A stretch of 64,000 nt of DNA, from the IMG/VR virus record IMGVR_UViG_3300047564_001818. One strand, given 5' to 3'. Below the pieces are notes generated by a model. The model worked only from the letters and a program-made list of their open reading frames with translations, was not told where the DNA came from and made no database searches. The number at the start of each line of letters is the position of its first letter. Position 1 is the stretch's first letter. The position numbers were made by a program, and so were the translations under genes. Source of the stretch: a virus. Taxonomy: Duplodnaviria > Caudoviricetes. Below, one piece after another: positions 58,543 to 64,000 of the stretch.

Positions 58543-58821
58543 ATGATGCTGAATGTGAATGACACTGTTCGTGCTTACAGCGGCCGGCCTGGCTGCATGT
58601 GCGGCTGCAATGGCACCTACAACGAAGGCGAGCGGGCTCGCAAGATGGCACTGACTGCGCTGCTGAAGAACCCTGCGGTGCGCTTGCAGACTTGGAAGCC
58701 CTCCGGCGGCGATGCTGGTTGCTTGTATGTGGAAACTGCAACTCGCAACCGTGTGCTGTATCTGACTGAAGAGGGTGCTGCGAAGTTGGCTGCACAGTTC
58801 CCTGAAATGGTTGACAAGTAA
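58543..58821 (+). CDS. early hypothetical protein (GCMCGC motif)
   Basis: cassette gene. Confidence 0.8.
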   Translation: MMLNVNDTVRAYSGRPGCMCGCNGTYNEGERARKMALTALLKNPAVRLQTWKPSGGDAGCLYVETATRNRVLYLTEEGAAKLAAQFPEMVDK

Positions 58822-58868
58822 GAACGTTCGTGCTATAACTTACACACAACGAGGCAATGGAGGGTAAC

Positions 58869-59420
58869 ATGCCGAACTGGTGCTCAAACTCAATCACTAT
58901 CACTGGTCCTGTGGAGAAGATTGCTGCGCTGTGGACCGAGGCTTCCACAGCCGGCGAACACAACGCTCTGCTCAATGCTCTGTGTCCGATGCCTAAGGAA
59001 CTCTTAGAAGGTGAAGCATGGTATGGCTGGCGTGTGGCCCACTGGGGAACCAAGTGGGACATTGACATGCAAGGTCTCGAGTTTGAAGAGTTCTCGGACG
59101 GCACGGCTGCCGTCACAGGTTGGGCAGACAGTGCATGGAGCCCGCCCGTTGATGCGTTCCAGGCTTATAGCAATGAGAATCCTGATGTGATGATGGAACT
59201 CAAATACTTCGAGCCCGGCATGGGGTTTGTAGGTGTATGGGACAACGAAGGTGGAGATGCCTATTGGGAAGGTGTTGACGAGTTGCTGGACACCACAGAG
59301 GAAGAAGACGCTGTGCTGCATGAACTGCTGGAATACTTTGACGTGGCCAGTTGGTTTGAGTCTGACGACGAGAACCTCGAGATTGATCTTGACGGCGGTG
59401 TGAGTGCGACGAACGAATAA
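58869..59420 (+). CDS. DUF1281/YubB-like ferredoxin-fold protein
   Basis: MPNWCSN, HWGTKWD, SAWSPP, YFEPGMGFVG. Confidence 0.75.
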   Translation: MPNWCSNSITITGPVEKIAALWTEASTAGEHNALLNALCPMPKELLEGEAWYGWRVAHWGTKWDIDMQGLEFEEFSDGTAAVTGWADSAWSPPVDAFQAYSNENPDVMMELKYFEPGMGFVGVWDNEGGDAYWEGVDELLDTTEEEDAVLHELLEYFDVASWFESDDENLEIDLDGGVSATNE

Positions 59421-59490
59421 TAATGGTTGACACGGCTCTACTCATGTGCTATTGTATATGAGTAGGGCAACGCTGCTAGAGGAGCACACG

Positions 59491-59775
59491 ATGGCACGTA
59501 AGACGATCGAAGTTGGCAAGGTTCTTAAGATTGCGAATAACTTCCTTGCTGCGAAGCATACCACTGCTGATGAGCGCGAGAGTGTGTGTGCTGTGATGGA
59601 AGCTATCTTGTTTGAGACTGATAACTATCGCGGCTTTGCTTACCTGCCCAAAGAGAACTACGCCCACGAGACGGGCTTTGATCACGATGGCACTCGTCGT
59701 CGTTACTTCGTCAGCGGCACTATCGATGCTGACTACGAAGCAGAAGACCGCAACATCAACAAGATCCGGGCATAA
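59491..59775 (+). CDS. early hypothetical protein
   Basis: cassette gene. Confidence 0.75.
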   Translation: MARKTIEVGKVLKIANNFLAAKHTTADERESVCAVMEAILFETDNYRGFAYLPKENYAHETGFDHDGTRRRYFVSGTIDADYEAEDRNINKIRA

Positions 59776-59785
59776 GGAGAACGAC

Positions 59786-59950
59786 ATGAACCCGTTGGCT
59801 TTTTTTGCGATGGTGGGCTTTGTTGTATTACTGATCGTCAGCACCGCAGCTTATACCTTTTCTAAATGCGGCTGGTATACTTTTGCACTGGGCAACGGTG
59901 CTGCGATGGCTGCCGTCACTGGCATGTGTGATAAAATTAATGGAGAATAG
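59786..59950 (+). CDS. small membrane protein, paralog 1
   Basis: MNPLAFFAMVGF...AYTFSKC...TGMCDKINGE. Confidence 0.75.
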   Translation: MNPLAFFAMVGFVVLLIVSTAAYTFSKCGWYTFALGNGAAMAAVTGMCDKINGE

Positions 59951-59951
59951 C

Positions 59952-60119
59952 ATGGACCCTTTGGCTTTTTTTGCAATGGTGGGCTTTGTACTGTTGTTGG
60001 GGATTGGCACCATAGCTTACACCTTTTCCAAATGCGACCAGTATGCCTTTGCACTGGGCAAGGCGGCGGGGGTGTCGGTGCTGATCACTGGCATGTGCGA
60101 TAAAATCAATGGAGAATAA
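59952..60119 (+). CDS. small membrane protein, paralog 2
   Basis: MDPLAFFAMVGF...AYTFSKC...TGMCDKINGE. Confidence 0.75.
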   Translation: MDPLAFFAMVGFVLLLGIGTIAYTFSKCDQYAFALGKAAGVSVLITGMCDKINGE

Positions 60120-60120
60120 C

Positions 60121-60234
60121 ATGGACTGGACCATCGAGGAATATCTTGAGTTTGAACGGCACTTGCTAGAACAAGCAGAAGCGGACGAAGACGAAATTCC
60201 GGTTGACGAACCTGTCTACTGGTGCTATAACTAA
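60121..60234 (+). CDS. 37-aa acidic peptide running through next promoter
   Basis: GGAG RBS; ends PVDEPVYWCYN. Confidence 0.5.
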   Translation: MDWTIEEYLEFERHLLEQAEADEDEIPVDEPVYWCYN

Positions 60235-60262
60235 CACATAGGGCAACACAAAGGACGCTGAG

Positions 60263-60544
60263 ATGAATAACTTCGCAACTGCTGTCACCGCAATCCAAAA
60301 GATGAACAACGACGAACTGAACGCTGTGGTTCGTGCGATCAAACTGCGCCGCACCTACCTTGCTCGTCAGAGTGCTAACACTTTCCAAGTTGGCGACCGT
60401 GTGAGCTTTGCTGCTCGCGGTATGCAGGTGCTGGGCACTGTAACCAAAGTCAACATCAAGACCATCCAAGTCAAGCAGGACAATGCCTACACCACGTGGA
60501 AGGTACACGCAAGTCTTTTGCATCCTGTCAAAGAAATGGCTTGA
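60263..60544 (+). CDS. early hypothetical protein with SH3/KOW-like domain
   Basis: FQVGDRVSF...GTVTKVNIKTIQV. Confidence 0.75.
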   Translation: MNNFATAVTAIQKMNNDELNAVVRAIKLRRTYLARQSANTFQVGDRVSFAARGMQVLGTVTKVNIKTIQVKQDNAYTTWKVHASLLHPVKEMA

Positions 60545-60597
60545 CAGGTTGCTGTATACGTGCTATAACTAACACATAGAAACACAAGAGGGACACG

Positions 60598-60786
60598 ATG
60601 AAAGATTACATGACACTGATCGCAATCATTGACCGGCTAGGCTATATTGCAGAACTTCCGTCAGCTAAGATCCGCCAAGCACTGGATCAATACATTGCTC
60701 AACTGGAAACAGAAGTTCGTCAAATTGATGAAGAGACGGAACGTCAATGTCGAATTGATGACATGTTCGAGAACGTGCCAGTGTAA
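60598..60786 (+). CDS. early hypothetical protein
   Basis: cassette gene. Confidence 0.7.
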   Translation: MKDYMTLIAIIDRLGYIAELPSAKIRQALDQYIAQLETEVRQIDEETERQCRIDDMFENVPV

Positions 60787-60795
60787 ATAGACAAC

Positions 60796-60871
60796 GCCCG
60801 GTTAGCCCAAAGGTAGAGGCAACAGACTTAAAATCTGTCAAGCGTCGGTTCGACCCCGACACTGGGTACCA
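60796..60871 (+). tRNA. tRNA-Leu(UAA), short variable loop
   Basis: cloverleaf, ACAGA-CTTAAAA-TCTGT, TTCG loop, encoded CCA. Confidence 0.88.
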
Positions 60872-60876
60872 AACAT

Positions 60877-60953
60877 GGGGGATTAGCTCAATTGGTTAGA
60901 GCGACGGTCTCATAAACCGCAGGTTATCGGTTCAAGTCCGGTATCCCCTACCA
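60877..60953 (+). tRNA. tRNA with CAU anticodon (elongator Met or Ile2)
   Basis: cloverleaf, CTCATAA loop, paired 1:72, encoded CCA. Confidence 0.88.
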
Positions 60954-60959
60954 AATATT

Positions 60960-61036
<77 letters not shown>

Positions 61037-61039
61037 AGT

Positions 61040-61097
61040 TAGCAGGAGTTGAGATTGCGCTGTGTTGCCCTATGCTGCGTTGGATCTCCTCCTGCTA
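61040..61097 (+). ncRNA. hairpin RNA with loop antisense to early-gene leader
   Basis: TAGCAGGAG/CTCCTGCTA + GAGAT/ATCTC + GCGC/GCGT stems; loop TGTGTTGCCCTATG. Confidence 0.7.
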
Positions 61098-61127
61098 CGC
61101 TGATAGAGTTTAACCAAGGAGAACACC

Positions 61128-61307
61128 ATGGCTATCTGTCCTAACTGTCATACACCAGACAAGAACTTCTTTGCGCCTGCTTGCCATGCTTGCAACGAAC
61201 AGATTCCTTTGATCCAGCAGATCATTGTTAGCTTGATCTTCTTGTCAGTCAAGGCAGTGTTTGTGATTGCGATGTTGTGGTTCCTTTTTGTTTATCTTCC
61301 AGGTTGA
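61128..61307 (+). CDS. 59-aa CxxC..CxxC zinc-ribbon + TM protein
   Basis: AAGGAG RBS; CPNC...CHAC; hydrophobic C-terminus. Confidence 0.7.
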   Translation: MAICPNCHTPDKNFFAPACHACNEQIPLIQQIIVSLIFLSVKAVFVIAMLWFLFVYLPG

Positions 61308-61358
61308 CAACTGCTGCGTAGAGTGTATACTGAACAAGTAATGAGCAAAGGGCACAAC

Positions 61359-62360
61359 ATGACTAACGTTACAATCATTGACGGCACGTACAAGATCCGC
61401 GGCGCTGACACTTCAGTAGCTGGTCTGACCTTTCCGTTGGTAGAACCGTTCCGTATGGGCAAGACTGGCGGCTATGTCACTGTGGATGGTTCAGCTGTGA
61501 ATGGCTTTCCGGCTCGCAACATCAAGATCCGTGTGAACAGTGAGCAGGACTACGAACTGCTAGAAGGCCCCGCTGTATACAACTCTAGAACAGAAACTGA
61601 TGCGGAGATTGTTGAGCGCATCCGTAGTCGCTTTGCTATGCTGGGCGAGATGACCAAGGCTGTGAAGAAGGGCGATGTACGTGCTATGATCGTATCAGGT
61701 CCTCCGGGTGTTGGCAAGAGCCACGGTGTTGAAGAAGTATTGGATCGATACAAGATGATGGAGACCATGGGCGGCAAGAAGACACACGAAGTGATCAAAG
61801 GCGCTATGAGCCCGATCGGACTGTACTGCAAGCTGTTCAAGATGAGCGAAGCTGGAAATGTGGTTGTGTTCGATGACTGTGACAGCATCTTCCAGGAAGA
61901 CCTAAGCTTGAACATCCTCAAAGCTGCACTAGACAGCAAGCAGAATCGTTGGATCCACTGGAACACTGACAGCTTCAAACTGCGCAACGAAGGTGTGCCT
62001 GACAAGTTCAAGTTTGAAGCTAGTGCAATCTTTATCACCAACTTGAAGTTCGACAAGGTCAAAGGCAAGCTTAGAGAACACCTAGAAGCATTGGAGTCAC
62101 GCTGCCACTACATGGATCTAACGATCGATACCGAACGTGATAAGATGCTGCGCATCCGGCAAGTGATTGAAGATGGTATGCTGGATGTGTACACACTGAG
62201 CGATGACATCAAAGAAGACATCATCGACTTCGTGGACATCAACAAGAGCCGACTGCGTGAACTGAGTCTGCGCAGTGTGCTCAAGGTAGCAGACCTGGCA
62301 GTAAGCTTTCCAGACCGCTGGCAGGACTTTGCTGAGAATACGGTGATGCGTCGAGCCTAG
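61359..62360 (+). CDS. AAA+ ATPase
   Basis: GPPGVGKS Walker A, VVFDDCD Walker B, FITN, SRC. Confidence 0.9.
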   Translation: MTNVTIIDGTYKIRGADTSVAGLTFPLVEPFRMGKTGGYVTVDGSAVNGFPARNIKIRVNSEQDYELLEGPAVYNSRTETDAEIVERIRSRFAMLGEMTKAVKKGDVRAMIVSGPPGVGKSHGVEEVLDRYKMMETMGGKKTHEVIKGAMSPIGLYCKLFKMSEAGNVVVFDDCDSIFQEDLSLNILKAALDSKQNRWIHWNTDSFKLRNEGVPDKFKFEASAIFITNLKFDKVKGKLREHLEALESRCHYMDLTIDTERDKMLRIRQVIEDGMLDVYTLSDDIKEDIIDFVDINKSRLRELSLRSVLKVADLAVSFPDRWQDFAENTVMRRA

Positions 62361-62375
62361 CTCCGCATGCCGTTG

Positions 62376-62550
62376 GGACAATGGACCGCCCTCGTCCATT
62401 GTCCACATGTGGACTGAGTGTGCCCTCGCTCAGTTCACGAAGGCCGAAGCAGCCGATAAGAGCTGTTCGGTAAGGCTGGTAGACGAGCCCTCACGCTCTG
62501 CCAGAACAGCCCGGAGTTGGCGTGCCCTCTGCCGCTCCGGGCTATTTTTT
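62376..62550 (+). ncRNA. four-hairpin RNA, each loop carrying GCCCUC, last hairpin an intrinsic terminator
   Basis: stems 62376-62404, 62411-62436, 62476-62504, 62508-62543 + T-run. Confidence 0.75.
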
Positions 62551-62614
62551 TGGTTGACAAGCCGTGCAGAAGGTGCTATTGTTAACACATAGGGCAACAC
62601 GGAAGGGCAAGAAG

Positions 62615-63025
62615 ATGTACACCTTTGATGAACAGATTGTATCCGATCTCCACAAAGACGCTCGTGGCTACCGCCCAGATGCATACTTTTGGGAAGAGTG
62701 GAGCCAAACCGGCGACGACACTCGCCAAGCTATGTGGGACAACCTGCTGCAGGAACTGGCCGCTGAGACAGCACGTCAACAGGACGCCTATGCTCGTGCA
62801 GAGATTGAGTTCCATCAGCGTGTGCAAGGCATGATGCTCTCAGGTGCCAAGGACGAACTGACTGCTATCCGTTGGATCCTCGAAGCCGAACAGTTCACCG
62901 AGAACGATTGGGCTTACGGTTCGGACTATGTGGCTTTCCACTTCAACTTGCCCTACAAAGGCCTATTTGATCAGCAGATCCAGACTGTCCTCAACGAGAT
63001 GGAGACCCAGGCTGACCTTGGCTAA
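62615..63025 (+). CDS. early hypothetical protein
   Basis: cassette gene; MYTFDEQIVSDLHKDARGYRP. Confidence 0.85.
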   Translation: MYTFDEQIVSDLHKDARGYRPDAYFWEEWSQTGDDTRQAMWDNLLQELAAETARQQDAYARAEIEFHQRVQGMMLSGAKDELTAIRWILEAEQFTENDWAYGSDYVAFHFNLPYKGLFDQQIQTVLNEMETQADLG

Positions 63026-63154
63026 GTTATTGATAACATTGACAAAAACTTTTTTGTAAGTGCTTGTTTTCTAACAAAACATTTCTCTTGCAATGTGCGC
63101 TGTATAGTGTATAACTGTATTTGTAAGCAACACAGCATATGCGAGGAGCACAAT

Positions 63155-63433
63155 ATGCAAAACACTGTAGCAAATACTAATTACGTTTTTGTAATGCTTG
63201 ATGACGCTACAAACGCAATTGTACTGCGTATTAATAAAACTGTTGACGTTTTTTGCAATAGTGCAAACGACATAATTGCTGCATTTAAACAATATAATAT
63301 TACGGACTGCGACACTATTATGGCGAGCAGCGACGTGGATTTTGCTACGGAGTTTGACTATGCGTACGACAGTGCAGTACACGACATGCTTGACGAAGCT
63401 TTTGACGCACTAAATTTTAAACAATACGTTTAA
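63155..63433 (+). CDS. early protein with no Pro/Gly/Trp (YC-free DNA)
   Basis: GAGGAG RBS, own promoter. Confidence 0.7.
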   Translation: MQNTVANTNYVFVMLDDATNAIVLRINKTVDVFCNSANDIIAAFKQYNITDCDTIMASSDVDFATEFDYAYDSAVHDMLDEAFDALNFKQYV

Positions 63434-63522
63434 AAAAACAGCAGCACACAGCACTTTTTACTTGACAAGTGCTGTGTGCTGTGCTATAAGTTACACATAG
63501 GGCAACACAAGAGGGACTGCAC

Positions 63523-63714
63523 ATGACACGCGAAGAACTGTTTGCTAATATTGCACAAATTGCTGCTGACGCATACGACAACACAGATGCTGACGAAGTG
63601 CAAAGCTGGGATGCATACGAAGCAGCAAAGCAGATTGTTGCTGCAATGCAAGCGTTTGGCTACGACATTGCAGACATGTTGGAGCAAATAGAGGAAGACG
63701 CAGACGAAGCGTAA
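63523..63714 (+). CDS. acidic early protein (YC-free DNA)
   Basis: cassette gene. Confidence 0.75.
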   Translation: MTREELFANIAQIAADAYDNTDADEVQSWDAYEAAKQIVAAMQAFGYDIADMLEQIEEDADEA

Positions 63715-63814
63715 CACAAAAAAAACAGCAGCGCACAGCAACTTAGGGGTTGACAGTTGCTGTGTGCTGTGCTATTGTTAACACATAGGGCAACACAACA
63801 CAAGAGGGACCTCA

Positions 63815-64000
63815 AGATGAATACCACAAAGCGCAACGCTCAGTTCGAAGCAGCCTTTGATCGAGTGATCGAAGCCCAGCTGTTGATGGAAGGTATTGCT
63901 GTTCTCACTGCTGACAGCCACGCAATGGACATTCAGGCACGCCTGCAGAAGATTGTCAAAGAGATGTGGCAGTTCAAAGGCAACGTTGCTCAAGGACGCA
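63815..64000 (+). CDS. early hypothetical protein, truncated by window end
   Basis: cassette leader then MNTTKRNAQF..., open to end. Confidence 0.65.

Noticed and set aside
60877-60953. Initiator tRNA-fMet
   Set aside because: 1:72 is paired and the three G:C anticodon-stem pairs are absent; Met vs Ile2 cannot be resolved by eye
63088-63807. Diversity-generating retroelement as cause of the composition bias
   Set aside because: DGRs mutate adenines and need RT plus TR/VR pair; none seen in the window

Overview
64 kb segment of a large T4-like/myovirus-type phage genome. The host is very probably an alphaproteobacterium, based on a circularly permuted two-piece tmRNA, 5-aminolevulinate synthase, pseudoazurin and DUF1127. 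Positions 1-53.3 kb run mostly on the minus strand. They carry respiratory and metabolic auxiliary genes (AOX, pseudoazurin, PstS, ALAS-YbaN, class I RNR with an ATP-cone on the beta subunit, glutaredoxin), head-associated proteins, a multi-domain glycosyltransferase and a long block of tail/fibre genes with collagen-like G(F/Y)TGSQG repeats. Many of these genes follow T4-type late promoter boxes (NTAAATA). A ~1.4 kb non-coding repeat region (54.35-55.8 kb; IHF-like boxes and palindromic iterons) separates this from a plus-strand early region. There almost every gene has its own sigma70 promoter followed by a shared leader (TAGGGCAACAC...AGAGGG). Best candidate for an undescribed system: two hairpin RNAs inside the early region whose loops are antisense to that shared leader/RBS. 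One is a single hairpin after the tRNA cluster with a 14-nt perfect antisense loop; the other is a four-hairpin RNA with a GCCCUC loop on every hairpin. Other notable signals are a ~720 nt stretch with no CC or TC on the top strand and a probable A-AAA-AAG -1 frameshift in a head gene. All calls come from reading the sequence by eye; no database searches were run.
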